Source: Spirochaetales bacterium
GTDB lineage: Bacteria; Spirochaetota; Spirochaetia; UBA9216
NCBI GenBank assembly: GCA_016839055.1
Contig: JAEKNX010000011.1
Location: 15,940 to 79,939, forward strand
DNA: 64,000 nucleotides
Direction of reading: 5' to 3'
The stretch's first letter is position 1. The number at the start of each line of letters is the position of its first letter. Below are positions 46,629-56,401 of this stretch, in pieces. Position numbers and translations under genes: made by a program. Under the pieces are notes generated by a model. The model was not told where the DNA came from, did no database searches, and was given only the letters and a program-made list of their open reading frames with translations.

Positions 46629-47636
46629 ATGAAAAAGGGTTTATCATTAATTCTTATTACACTATTGATGCTCAGTCTTGGGGCAGCGGTATTTGCCGGT
46701 GGACAGCAGGATGCGGCAGGTAAAGATGAGTTTGTCATTGGCTGGAGTAACGCGGGAATGGGCGATTCATGGAGACAGTTCCTGAAGGCTAATTTTGAAG
46801 CAGAGGTTGCCGCTAATCCGGAGATCGTAAAGTATTATATTTCCGATGCGAATGAAAGACCTGAAAAGCAGATTGCCGATATCGATGACCTCCTTGCCAA
46901 GGGTGTTGACGGACTTATTATCTATCCGACTGTAGGCGACGCGATCATTCCCGCGGTAGAACGTGCATATGAATCAGGAATCCCCGTAATAGTATTCGGT
47001 GGAAGCATCAATACCGACAGCCTTACCTGTCTTGTTACCCAGGACCTCTATGAGTTCGGCCGCTCACAGGCTAAATGGCTTGCAGAAGAACTCGGTGGTA
47101 AAGGGAAAATTATAATGCTCAGCGGTATTGCCGGAAATACAACTGCCGAAGAAAGACTTGCAGGTGCAAGAGAAGTCTTTGATGCAAACCCTGGAATCGA
47201 AGTTCTCGATCATCAGTACTGTGACTGGTCAGCAGCTAAAACAAAGACAATAGTTGAAGCTATGCTTAATGCCTTTCCTGAAATCGATGGTATCTGGGCA
47301 GATTCAGGTCTGATGTCATGGCCTGCACTCCAGGCTTTTGAAGAAGCCGGACGTAAGCTTGTTCCTTCAACAGGAGATCAGTTAAACGGTTATGCAAAAT
47401 ATGTATCAGAGAAAAATGTTCCAGCCTACCTCTATCCAATGTCAACAAGACTCTCAGCTGAAGCTGTCAAGGTTCTTGTTGCGGCCATGAAGGGTGAGAC
47501 TGTGGATAAAAAGGTTGCCGCGTCATTCGAAGGCATGGGACCTGAAGCAATCAAGAAGTTCGTAAAACCTGAACTCTCAGACTGGTGGTGGGTCGGTGAT
47601 GACCAGATGCCGGCGGAATTCCTTCCTAGACTTTAA
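46629..47636 (+). CDS. Sugar ABC transporter substrate-binding protein (RbsB/Peripla_BP_4 type)
   Basis: 335 aa. It has a signal peptide (LMLSLGAAVFAGG). It shows the periplasmic-binding-protein type I pattern (VIGWSNAGMGDSW..., GVDGLIIYP, IPVIVFGG). An AAAGGAG RBS is present. Confidence 0.88.
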   Translation: MKKGLSLILITLLMLSLGAAVFAGGQQDAAGKDEFVIGWSNAGMGDSWRQFLKANFEAEVAANPEIVKYYISDANERPEKQIADIDDLLAKGVDGLIIYPTVGDAIIPAVERAYESGIPVIVFGGSINTDSLTCLVTQDLYEFGRSQAKWLAEELGGKGKIIMLSGIAGNTTAEERLAGAREVFDANPGIEVLDHQYCDWSAAKTKTIVEAMLNAFPEIDGIWADSGLMSWPALQAFEEAGRKLVPSTGDQLNGYAKYVSEKNVPAYLYPMSTRLSAEAVKVLVAAMKGETVDKKVAASFEGMGPEAIKKFVKPELSDWWWVGDDQMPAEFLPRL

Positions 47637-47657
47637 ATAGAATTTTAATTTGGTTTT

Positions 47658-47680
47658 GGGCCCGAATGGGGCCCTTTTTT
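47658..47680 (+). terminator. Intra-operon rho-independent terminator/attenuator after the SBP gene
   Basis: GGGCCC (47658-47663), a 5-nt loop, GGGCCC (47669-47674), then TTTTTT (47675-47680). It lies 20 nt after the SBP stop. Confidence 0.6.
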
Positions 47681-47709
47681 GAAAGTACTGAGTAGCAAGG
47701 GAGTAAACA

Positions 47710-48855
47710 GTGGCTGTAAATTATTTGAACAAGACAAAAAAAATCGGCGAAAAAACCGCAGGGAATCGTTTTGCAATACTTCCCACGGAGAGTAACTCTG
47801 CGGCCCCGGGAGGACTACCGTCTGATAAAACAATAGATAGATATAAAAAATTTGCCGCCGGCGGAGCAGGCCTGATTTTCTGTGAGGCAACGGCAATCTC
47901 AAACGACGCGCGGGCGAGAGTTAATCAGCTTGTGCTTACAGCAGAAAATTCGGAAGCATTTATCCCCCTCGTTGATGCGGTTAAAACGGAAAATCCGGAC
48001 GCAGTTTTTGTCATTCAGCTGGACCATGCAGGTGCTCTTGCTGACCCTTCCTTTTCAAAACCCGTTGCGGTTTATAAGGGAGAAGAAGGGGATACTCCGG
48101 TATTGACTGATGCTCAGATTGAAGAAGTGCGTGATGCCTTCATTCAATCGTCTATTGCGGCTAAGAAGGCCGGCTTCGATGGTGTCGAGATGAAAATATG
48201 TCATGGCTTCCTTGGTAACGACTTCATGCAGCCGCGTAACACCCGAAAGGGACGCTACGGAGGAAGTTTCGAGAACCGTGCCCGCTTCCTTATCGAAGCA
48301 GTTGAAGGAATAAAAAAGGCGACGGGAGATGAGTTTTTAATCGGTCTCAGGCTTCCGGCCTATGAGAGTATTCCCGGCGGCTTCGGAACTTCCGGACCGG
48401 ATGAGGTAATAGAAGATCTCACTGAGCCGATTGAAATATCGAAGATGGCTGAGAAGGCCGGTGTGTCAATGATCTCGGTCTCGGCCGGAAATGCATCAGG
48501 AAATCTTGATCTTATTCATCCGACTCCGAATTATCCCGACGGCGTCTACCGCCACTTCGGCTGGGCCGCGGCCATCAGGAAGGCTGTAAGTATTCCGGTT
48601 ATCGGTGCCGGTTACAGTTATCTCTCCGACGGGAAAACAGGCATGGGCAGCTGGAGCTATTGGGCAGAGAAGAACCTAGCTGATGGTCGGGTTGATTTTG
48701 TCGGACTGGGACGGCAGGGGTTTGCCGATCCTGCCCTCCCGGTAAAACTTCTTGGAGGAAGTCCGGATAAGGTAAACTATTGTACCGCCTGTCTGGGCTG
48801 CGGAGTTCTCCTTGGCGGCCAGAAAGAAGTTAAATGTGTGGTTTACGATGCTTGA
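47710..48855 (+). CDS. Old-yellow-enzyme-family FMN oxidoreductase (NADH:flavin oxidoreductase-like)
   Basis: 381 aa with a GTG start. It has the OYE TIM-barrel blocks GGAGLIFCEATAIS and AGFDGVEMKICHGFLGNDFMQPRNTRKGRYGGSFENRARF. Its stop overlaps the next gene's ATG (ATGCTTGA). Confidence 0.75.
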   Translation: MAVNYLNKTKKIGEKTAGNRFAILPTESNSAAPGGLPSDKTIDRYKKFAAGGAGLIFCEATAISNDARARVNQLVLTAENSEAFIPLVDAVKTENPDAVFVIQLDHAGALADPSFSKPVAVYKGEEGDTPVLTDAQIEEVRDAFIQSSIAAKKAGFDGVEMKICHGFLGNDFMQPRNTRKGRYGGSFENRARFLIEAVEGIKKATGDEFLIGLRLPAYESIPGGFGTSGPDEVIEDLTEPIEISKMAEKAGVSMISVSAGNASGNLDLIHPTPNYPDGVYRHFGWAAAIRKAVSIPVIGAGYSYLSDGKTGMGSWSYWAEKNLADGRVDFVGLGRQGFADPALPVKLLGGSPDKVNYCTACLGCGVLLGGQKEVKCVVYDA

Positions 48856-49795
48856 GCGGCTAAAAAGGGGAGCCGTGTCGCCGGGATTATACGCGGCCCT
48901 GCTGGCCCTCATTGTGGCGGCCCTGGTGATGCAGGCTGTTACCGGGGTGAGTTTTTTCACCATGAGTAATATGCTCAACGTTGCCCGAAACTTCTCAATG
49001 CTCGGCTTCGTTGCCCTTGGCCAGACGCTGGTCATCATGTCAGGAGGGCTGGATCTGTCGGTTGTTGCAGTAATTTCCACAGGTAATATCCTGGCCGCTT
49101 CCCTTATAAACGGGAATGACGCCCTGGTTTTTCCTGTGCTTCTTTTCACCATCGTAGTCGGGGCGGCAATAGGTACTGTGAATGGACTGCTTGTGACTAA
49201 GCGGGGAGTGCCTCCCTTCATTGCAACCCTGGGCGTTTCAATTGTTGTTAACGGCCTTCGGCTTATTGCAACCGGAGGAATTCCGAAGGGGAATGTTCCT
49301 GAGCTTTTAAAAGAGATGGGGACCGGGAGCTTTCTCGGACTTCCGTGGATGGTGATAATATTTGTAATAGTGGCGATTTTCTTTTACATACTCCTCGCTA
49401 AATCCTCTTACGGAAGACGCCTCCGGGTAACCGGAAGCAATCCCGAAGTTGCAGTGCTCAGCGGGATTAACAAAGACAGGGTAATAATTACCGCCTACCT
49501 CATCTGCGGTGCGCTGGGTGCCGGAGCCGGTGTTTTTCTTGCAGGATATACCGGTATTGCAGACAACTGGGCAGGGAATGAGTTTGATATCAACAGCATT
49601 GCAGCCGCCGTATTGGGCGGAGCGGCAATCGGCGGAGGTTCGGGTTCGGTGCAGGGGACTGTCATCGGTTCGATAATCCTGCTGCTGATAACAAACCTTG
49701 CAATCCTAGCTCATCTGCCCATTCAGAGCCAGATGATGGTGAAGGGGCTGGTTATAATCCTCGCCCTTGGTTTTTTCGGAAGGGGGAAGAAATGA
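48848..49795 (+). CDS. Sugar ABC transporter permease (RbsC/AraH family)
   Basis: I place the start at MLERLKRG (ATG 48848), not the ORF-track start at 48812. It is polytopic and has the block LVIMSGGLDLSV and a G-rich C-terminal region (AAVLGGAAIGGGSGSVQGT) typical of this family. Confidence 0.88.
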   Translation: MLERLKRGAVSPGLYAALLALIVAALVMQAVTGVSFFTMSNMLNVARNFSMLGFVALGQTLVIMSGGLDLSVVAVISTGNILAASLINGNDALVFPVLLFTIVVGAAIGTVNGLLVTKRGVPPFIATLGVSIVVNGLRLIATGGIPKGNVPELLKEMGTGSFLGLPWMVIIFVIVAIFFYILLAKSSYGRRLRVTGSNPEVAVLSGINKDRVIITAYLICGALGAGAGVFLAGYTGIADNWAGNEFDINSIAAAVLGGAAIGGGSGSVQGTVIGSIILLLITNLAILAHLPIQSQMMVKGLVIILALGFFGRGKK

Positions 49796-51336
49796 TGAAT
49801 AATGAAAATATTCTCCTTGAGTTCATGAATATTGATAAACAATTCCCGGGTGTTAAGGCCCTCGATGACGTGTCGATGTCATTTCGCTTCGGAGAAGTGC
49901 ATGCCCTGGTCGGTGAAAACGGGGCTGGAAAATCAACCTTGATGAAGATTTTATCCGGAGTCTATCAGCCTTCCGGAGGAGAAATCGTTTATAAAGGCGA
50001 AAAGCTTAAACTTCAGAATCCTCACCATGCCCAGATGCAGGGTATTTCGATAATATTCCAGGAGTTCAGTCTTATTAACACACTCGATGTTGTCGAGAAC
50101 GTATTTCTGAACCGCGAACCGAAGACGAGTTTCGGACTTTTCGACAAGAAAAAAGCCGCCGGGATGACGAAGAAATTACTTGAAACAATCGGCATTGATA
50201 TTGATATTACAGCTAAAATAAAAAATCTCAGTGTTATAGAGCAGCAGACAGTTGAGATAATCAAGGCTCTCTCCATAGACGCGGACATAATAATCATGGA
50301 TGAACCTTCGGCGGCACTCTCTGACAAGGAGCTATCGAAGCTTTTCGATATTATCATGAAGCTCAAGGCGGACGGGAAGACTGTAATTTACATCTCACAC
50401 ATGCTCGAAGAGGTCTTTTCTATCGCTGACAGGGTTACCGTCCTAAAAGACGGCCGGGTCATGGCAACCGAAGAGGTCTGTGACCTCGATAAGGATAAAC
50501 TCGTCAGCCTGATGGTCGGCCGTGAGATTAGCGACATCTATCCGCCGCGCTCTGCGAATGTCGGCGATGTTGTTCTTGAAGCAGGAGATCTTGCCTCCGG
50601 AAAGCTTAAAAACGTTAATCTGACTCTAAAGAAGGGTGAGATCCTGGGTGTTGCGGGAATTGCCGGTTCGGGCAGGACGGCTCTGGTTGAAACTCTGCTT
50701 GGAATTGAGCGCAAGATGAGCGGAACTGTCTCTCTAAGCGGCCGTGAGGTCGATTTTAAGAACATCAGGCAGGCTATTGACTCCGGTTTCTGTTATATTC
50801 CGAGCGATCGAAAGAATCAGGGGATAATAGCCCCCGAATCTATTGTGGTTAACACAACAATTACTAACCTTGATAATTATGTTGTACGCGGGCTTATTAA
50901 CAGGAAGGCTGAAGAAGAGGTTACGAAGAATCAGATTGAGCTGCTCGGAACCAAGGTGGCATCGATTGATCAGAGGATTGAGGACCTCTCCGGAGGGAAT
51001 CAGCAGAAGGTGCTTCTTTCCAGGGCTCTTCTTATGGAGCCGGAGATATACATCATCAATGAGCCTACCCGTGGAATTGATGTCGGAGCAAAACACGAGA
51101 TCTACAAGATAATGCGTGATCTAACCTCAAGAGGTAAATCGATAATAATGGTTTCATCCGAGCTTCCCGAGATTATCGGAATGTCAGACAGAATCCTCGT
51201 GATGAATCAGGGTGAGGCTGCCGGGATTCTCGATCAGAGTGTTAAGACCTATACCGAGGAGGAGATTCTGTCTCTGGCCGTCGGACATGAATACAGGCTG
51301 CCGGCAGGAGGATGTGATGATGAAGAAGAAGTTTAG
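49792..51336 (+). CDS. Sugar ABC transporter ATP-binding protein (RbsA/MglA-type, duplicated ABC domains)
   Basis: 514 aa. It has Walker A (GENGAGKST), a second-domain P-loop variant (GIAGSGRT), the signature LSGGNQQK and Walker B motifs (IIIMDEPSAAL, YIINEPTRGID). Confidence 0.92.
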   Translation: MMNNENILLEFMNIDKQFPGVKALDDVSMSFRFGEVHALVGENGAGKSTLMKILSGVYQPSGGEIVYKGEKLKLQNPHHAQMQGISIIFQEFSLINTLDVVENVFLNREPKTSFGLFDKKKAAGMTKKLLETIGIDIDITAKIKNLSVIEQQTVEIIKALSIDADIIIMDEPSAALSDKELSKLFDIIMKLKADGKTVIYISHMLEEVFSIADRVTVLKDGRVMATEEVCDLDKDKLVSLMVGREISDIYPPRSANVGDVVLEAGDLASGKLKNVNLTLKKGEILGVAGIAGSGRTALVETLLGIERKMSGTVSLSGREVDFKNIRQAIDSGFCYIPSDRKNQGIIAPESIVVNTTITNLDNYVVRGLINRKAEEEVTKNQIELLGTKVASIDQRIEDLSGGNQQKVLLSRALLMEPEIYIINEPTRGIDVGAKHEIYKIMRDLTSRGKSIIMVSSELPEIIGMSDRILVMNQGEAAGILDQSVKTYTEEEILSLAVGHEYRLPAGGCDDEEEV

Positions 51337-52279
51337 ACTGACCGACCCGGGCATCTTTGTCTGGGTCCTGCTGGTAGCAATAGTTATTTTCAGTGCTGTT
51401 GCCAACCCTGTTTTCCTTAGGCCGAGAAACCTTAAAAATGTTTTTCTCATTCAGCCGGTAGGGCTGGGGTTGGCATCACTCGGGCAGGCCGTGATAATAA
51501 TCTCCGGCGGAATTGATATGTCAATCGGGGCGGCCGTCTCGCTTCTGACCTCGGTTGCAGGCGGACTGTACCGGGATTTCCCCGGGGTAAGCGTGCTGAC
51601 GGTGTTTCTGATAATCTCGGCCATGGGAACTGTTATCGGGCTTCTAAACGGGCTGCTCGTTGTCAAGCTGAAGATTGCCCCATTTATGGCTACCCTTGCC
51701 ACGATGTCGGTCATCCAGGGCGGAATATTCATCTATACGAAGAAGACAATAGGCGGAATCCCGAAGAGTTTCAGGTTCATAGCCGAGGGCTCGGTGGGGC
51801 CAGTCCCGTTCTGCTTCCTCTACCTCGCGGTTATATTCGCACTAGTGCTCATTCTTATGAACCGAAGCCGTTACGGCCGACATCTCTATGCCGTAGGGGC
51901 CAATGAATGGGTTGCATCTATTACCGGAATAGCGGTTGATAGGGTGAAGCTGTCGGCCTATTTAATCGGCGGCCTATTAACCGGACTTGCTTCGGTATTT
52001 CTTGCAGGACGCATGGGCGGCGGCGGACCTCTCGTCGGGAAGGGCTATGAGCTCGATACCATCACGGCCGTAGTCATAGGAGGCGTATCGCTCGCAGGGG
52101 GTGACGGAAATATCGCAGGAGCTATAGGCGGCGTACTGATACTATCCATTTTCAGCAACCTCATGAATCTGCTCGATGTTAATCCATACATTCAGATGCT
52201 TTTAAAGGGGCTCATCCTGATTACCGCTGTGTTCTTTTACGCTGCCAAGACCGCGAAGGCCAAGGGGCAGGAAGCGTAA
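51317..52279 (+). CDS. Sugar ABC transporter permease (RbsC family, second copy)
   Basis: I place the start at MMKKKFRL (ATG 51317), overlapping the ATPase 3' end. It is polytopic and has IIISGGIDMSIG and VIGGVSLAGGDGNIAG blocks. Confidence 0.88.
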   Translation: MMKKKFRLTDPGIFVWVLLVAIVIFSAVANPVFLRPRNLKNVFLIQPVGLGLASLGQAVIIISGGIDMSIGAAVSLLTSVAGGLYRDFPGVSVLTVFLIISAMGTVIGLLNGLLVVKLKIAPFMATLATMSVIQGGIFIYTKKTIGGIPKSFRFIAEGSVGPVPFCFLYLAVIFALVLILMNRSRYGRHLYAVGANEWVASITGIAVDRVKLSAYLIGGLLTGLASVFLAGRMGGGGPLVGKGYELDTITAVVIGGVSLAGGDGNIAGAIGGVLILSIFSNLMNLLDVNPYIQMLLKGLILITAVFFYAAKTAKAKGQEA

Positions 52280-52333
52280 AAAAGTTAATGATAATATTTT
52301 GCCGCGGATGGAAGTGTTTTGTTCGCGGTTTTT

Positions 52334-52750
52334 TTAGGTGCTTCCGGCTTCTCTCCATGAATAAATAATGTAGAAAGTAATAACATTAGAGGCATTGAGC
52401 TCTGAAGATATAGTCATATTGTCGTCTGAATTGTACTCATAAAGATAATAGTCATTCATTATATCAGCGCTGTTATAATAAGCAGCTTTTCTTAAATTAC
52501 CCTCGTTATTCCATTCATATAAAGCATAACTTGTTAGAACCCCTGAATCGTCAAATGTTGATGACTTTGACATGCTGTAATTATTTTCGGCGTCATATTC
52601 AAATAGAGAATAAGTGGTTAAAGCATTGGTAGAATCATAATGGTGGAGTTCATAGAGTTTAAACTGAATCTCACTGAGAGGTGAATTATTCGGACAACTG
52701 CTTAATAAAAGAATATACATGACAGTAAGGGTTGAAGCATCTTTCATCAT
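52334..52750 (-). CDS. Small lipoprotein with Tyr/Asn-rich ~25-aa repeats, function unknown
   Basis: I place the start at the internal MMKDAS (52750), which gives the signal plus lipobox TVMYILLLSSC. The repeated pattern is YSLFEYDAENN / YALYEWNNEGN / YYLYEYNSDDN. The coding sequence is AT-rich. Confidence 0.5.
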   Translation of the reverse strand: MMKDASTLTVMYILLLSSCPNNSPLSEIQFKLYELHHYDSTNALTTYSLFEYDAENNYSMSKSSTFDDSGVLTSYALYEWNNEGNLRKAAYYNSADIMNDYYLYEYNSDDNMTISSELNASNVITFYIIYSWREAGST

Positions 52751-53251
52751 GAAAAACCCCTTCGGTAAATCTCCTCGTTCATTATAGATACTAAATATTT
52801 TACTCTGGTAATCAGGAAACTGCAAATGATTATTTGCAGTTTCCTGATAGGGGGAGTGCATGTAATTCTACCGCTCGTGGCTTTTTTATGTTCAGGAGTT
52901 AAAGAAGCCAAGGGGAGAAACATTGTATTTTGAAGTGAGCATCTCGATGTGTCTTTTATTAAGCTGATGCTTTCCGTTTCATATTTCACTCGCTAATATT
53001 TTAAAGTTTTCTCTTTTATCAAGTCTATTAGAACTCTTGCAGCCTCTATTTTATATAAGTTAGTAACACGCGAACTGAATAATTAATTTAATATGAACCG
53101 TATCAATACAGCAGAGGCTAACAGAAAGCATGTGAATTGTGACAAATGTCTCAGTCAATAAAATATTGATGAATAGTAGCTAAATTTATGATAGTCTACT
53201 TCTGCAAACGATATTTAAAAGAGGTAATATGAAAAATATATTTACATAATC

Positions 53252-53980
53252 ATGATGCTTATTATAGTGTCTATCATCTTCTCCTGTACAACAAGTCCTG
53301 AAGTATTTGAATATCCCGAAAGACAAATAGATAGACCACCAACACTCCCGAAAGAAGTAACTGCATGGCATATTCCCACAATTTTAGGTGTTTGGGATTA
53401 TAATGATGAATATTGTTTATTCCCTCCTATACCATTTCCTGTATTATTTGAAACAGGTATTACTGATAATTTAACTCTTAATTCTTTATTATTCATACCT
53501 ATAAGTTTAGATTATGCATTGCTGATTTCGGAGATTCATTCAGTCGTCTTGAGTGGGGGAATAGTTGGATTAACTATCACAGGAAATGAAGGAATAATTA
53601 TGCCGCTATTAGGAGCAACCTATTCATATTTGTTAGGTGACAGTATAAAATTCAATACTGGCTTAAACGTTCAAATGCCTTTATATTTATCTTTTGATGA
53701 TTTTATGTTGGCAGGAATTACATTAACAAACACAACTATATTTGATTTCCAATTATTAGATAAAGCTATGCTTTCAGTTGGAGCATCTCTTTATTTTAGG
53801 AATACTAAATTATTGTATAAGGATAGTTTCCCAATTGGACGAGCTTTTGATTATGATATTTCAATCATGCCTTCAATAAAACTGAATTATAATATTAATC
53901 ATGAATGGGATATAGAGTTGTACTCTGTTATAAGTTCAGATCTTTATGGTGTTACGATAGACTTTATTCGATATTATTAA
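53252..53980 (+). CDS. Hypothetical protein (possible lipoprotein/beta-rich envelope protein) in an AT-rich islet
   Basis: 242-aa ORF. The N-terminus MMLIIVSIIFSC is lipobox-like but lacks a charged n-region. It has alternating hydrophobic patterns and a terminal aromatic residue (IRYY). I recognised no homolog. Confidence 0.45.
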   Translation: MMLIIVSIIFSCTTSPEVFEYPERQIDRPPTLPKEVTAWHIPTILGVWDYNDEYCLFPPIPFPVLFETGITDNLTLNSLLFIPISLDYALLISEIHSVVLSGGIVGLTITGNEGIIMPLLGATYSYLLGDSIKFNTGLNVQMPLYLSFDDFMLAGITLTNTTIFDFQLLDKAMLSVGASLYFRNTKLLYKDSFPIGRAFDYDISIMPSIKLNYNINHEWDIELYSVISSDLYGVTIDFIRYY

Positions 53981-54336
53981 TTTTATACTGTAGAAATATA
54001 AGACAATAAATTGAAACAAGACCGTTGATTCAGGCAGATATTACAGATGAAAATTACCGGTAAGCAGCCAAAAAAATGATTAATAAGGGGATACTATGTC
54101 CGGATAAAAAGACCTTGAACTCTTACTGAAAAACAGGCTCGTCACACAAATTTGAAATAAAAAATGATAAAAACATACGCTAACTTCTGATATTATAGGG
54201 AGTTACCACACCACCTATAAAGGAAGAAAGCATATGTTGGTAAAAACTATAGCACGAAAGAGTATGACTCAGGGTCTTGTTTTATAAAAAATGTAATTGC
54301 CCTAACTGATTTCTTATTTACTATCTAATTTTCTCT

Positions 54337-55377
54337 TTACCTGGCACGCGCATACTGCTTTGGCCAGTAGTCTATTTCTTCCCCGGCTTCCTTCGAGCTT
54401 AAAAGTGGAAAGAACGGATTCCGAAGAAGTTCTCTGCCAAGAAAAACGAGGTCAGTGTCCCCATTCCTGACAAATTCTTCGGCCTGGCCGGCATTAGTTA
54501 TCAGTCCGCCGCCTATTACAGGCAGACCGGTCAGGTTTTTGATAATCTTTGCGGCAGGAACCTGGAACCCTGGTGCGGCGGGAATTTTCGCTTTATGAAC
54601 TACTCCGCCGGAGCTCACATTTATGATATCCAGGCCTTCATTTTTCACAAGTTTGATAATTTCGGCGAGGTCTTCAGGCTTGTTGCCGCCCTCGGCCCAG
54701 TCGGCTGCTGATACGCGGAGCATCAGGGGGTTCTCCTCCTTCCATACCGTGCGGATAGCCTTGATGAGGAGCCTTAGAAACTCCGCTCTTTTCCGCGGCG
54801 AACCTCCGAACTCATCCGATCTTGTATTGGTGAGAGGAGATAAGAAACTGCTGAGTAGGTATCCATGAGCGCCGTGAATTTCCAGAATTTTGTAACCTGC
54901 TTCCGCTGCCCGTTCGGCACCTCTTTTAAATGATTCGATCACTATCTCGATATCATCCCGGCCCATTTCGCGGGGAGTCACAAAGGCCGGATCATTTAAA
55001 TCAAAATTGATGGGAGAGGGGGCTATCACATCTTCGCCTTCGGCATTGCATTTTCTGCCGGCGTGAGCAAGCTGAATTCCTGGAACCGCTCCTTCCTCGA
55101 TGATTCCTTTTACTATGTCAGAGAGGCCAGGCAAATGGGAATCACTCCAGATGCCGAGGTCATTGGATGAAATTCTTCCGCGGGATTCCACCGAGGTGGC
55201 TTCCTGAATGATCAATCCTGCCCCTCCCTGAGCCCTCGTCCGATAATGGAAGCTGTGCCAGGGGGAAGCGATTCCGTCATTACCTGCGCTGTACATGCAC
55301 ATCGGCGGCATGACTATCCGGTTCCTGAATGTTATGTTTTTTATATTAAATGGCGTAAAAAGATGATTCATTTTCAT
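54337..55377 (-). CDS. namA: NADPH dehydrogenase / NADH:flavin oxidoreductase, YqjM/NamA-type old yellow enzyme
   Basis: 346 aa. It has LFTPFNIKNITFRNRIVMPPMCMY, GAGLIIQEATSV and GYKILEIHGAHGYLLSSFLSPLTNTRSDEFGGS. This is a canonical thermophilic-like OYE pattern. Confidence 0.88.
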   Translation of the reverse strand: MKMNHLFTPFNIKNITFRNRIVMPPMCMYSAGNDGIASPWHSFHYRTRAQGGAGLIIQEATSVESRGRISSNDLGIWSDSHLPGLSDIVKGIIEEGAVPGIQLAHAGRKCNAEGEDVIAPSPINFDLNDPAFVTPREMGRDDIEIVIESFKRGAERAAEAGYKILEIHGAHGYLLSSFLSPLTNTRSDEFGGSPRKRAEFLRLLIKAIRTVWKEENPLMLRVSAADWAEGGNKPEDLAEIIKLVKNEGLDIINVSSGGVVHKAKIPAAPGFQVPAAKIIKNLTGLPVIGGGLITNAGQAEEFVRNGDTDLVFLGRELLRNPFFPLLSSKEAGEEIDYWPKQYARAR

Positions 55378-55452
55378 TTACTCCTATGATTTTAAGCTAT
55401 ATACATTTTCCCCGACAGTGAAGCTTTAAATTTTAAAGTCCTGCTTTTTTTG

Positions 55453-55902
55453 TTATTCAACCTTCTGAAGCTCGATGATATTGCCCTCGGGGTCTCTTAC
55501 GTAAACGACATCAATTCGGCCGAGGCCACGGACCTCGGTATTGACAGCCTCTCCGACAGCCGAACCTCCGTTTTCAACAACAAGGGCGAGAGCCTCTTCG
55601 ACGTCGTCGACTGCGAAGGCGATGTGGGCGAAGCCGGGGGAGTTGATCTGAACATCAGCGCTCTCATCAATCTCGTTATATGCAAATATCTCGAGGGTCG
55701 GTCCATTGGCCCCGAAGCCTGGAAGATCTAGATGTATTCCGGTGATTCGGGCATCCTTGAGCGAGGTGAGTTTATCGAGCCAGTCACCGGAGAGATTCCG
55801 CTCGGGAGGTTTAGGGACGCAGCCAAATACTTTTCGGTAGAAGTCTGCGAGTTTTCTCCAGTCCCATGCGACTATATTGATGTGTACAAATTTTGTTTTC
55901 AT
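55453..55902 (-). CDS. VOC/glyoxalase-family protein
   Basis: I place the start at MKTKFVHINIV (ATG 55902). It has beta-alpha-beta-beta-beta module motifs (HINIVAWD..., GFAHIAFAVDDVEEAL, YVRDPEGNIIELQ). Confidence 0.8.
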   Translation of the reverse strand: MKTKFVHINIVAWDWRKLADFYRKVFGCVPKPPERNLSGDWLDKLTSLKDARITGIHLDLPGFGANGPTLEIFAYNEIDESADVQINSPGFAHIAFAVDDVEEALALVVENGGSAVGEAVNTEVRGLGRIDVVYVRDPEGNIIELQKVE

Positions 55903-55918
55903 TCTCTTAAGATCCTCT

Positions 55919-56302
55919 TTAGTATTGGATGCCGTGGGGCAATGGTTTTGCTCCATCGATGCAGTGCTGAATATCGTGACGGCCGATGTTGGCCTTGAAA
56001 ATCTGCCTTTCCTCATTCAGATGTCTTACCCTTGTATACATTTCATCGCCATCGGCTTCAGCTACCTGCTGTGCGTTATTATACCCGCATTCGAGTAGAA
56101 TGTATGCAAAGGTATGGTTTACCCAGCAATTTTGACCTCCGGAAGCGGCTGGATATTCTTTAAAATGTCTAAATATCTGAATCATTCCTCTTTGCCATCT
56201 GTTGAAAAGTTCTAATTCCCGCTTCCGGGACGTCAATAGTTCTGAATTTGGCTGCCTTTGTATGCCGCCGCTGATGGCACCGGGGTCAGCAAGGGCCGAC
56301 AT
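55919..56302 (-). CDS. Hypothetical protein
   Basis: 127-aa ORF immediately upstream of the VOC gene on the same strand. I recognised no motif and the start is uncertain. Confidence 0.3.
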   Translation of the reverse strand: MSALADPGAISGGIQRQPNSELLTSRKRELELFNRWQRGMIQIFRHFKEYPAASGGQNCWVNHTFAYILLECGYNNAQQVAEADGDEMYTRVRHLNEERQIFKANIGRHDIQHCIDGAKPLPHGIQY

Positions 56303-56401
56303 TCGGGGGAATTGCAGTCAAATTCAGAATTGCTGACGGCTTTTCTTTTAGTTTGACAGAGCGGAAATTCTAAACTAACATTGCAGGCAGAGGGACTTTA
56401 A

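Noticed and set aside
48676-49221. 181-aa minus-strand ORF
   Set aside because: It is antisense to the OYE 3' end and the RbsC-like permease. It has no motifs, and its composition is typical of a shadow ORF in GC-rich coding DNA.
53981-54336. Non-coding AT-rich stretch scanned for tRNA, integrase or transposase remnants
   Set aside because: Only very short ORFs are present (for example MINKGILCPDKKTLNSY). I recognised no family motif and no tRNA-like cloverleaf. It is left unannotated.
55903-56016. N-terminal 38-aa extension of the VOC protein (ORF-track start 56016)
   Set aside because: The extension is non-homologous, Ser/Thr/Arg-rich and overlaps the upstream 127-aa ORF. The VOC fold begins at MKTKFVHINIV.
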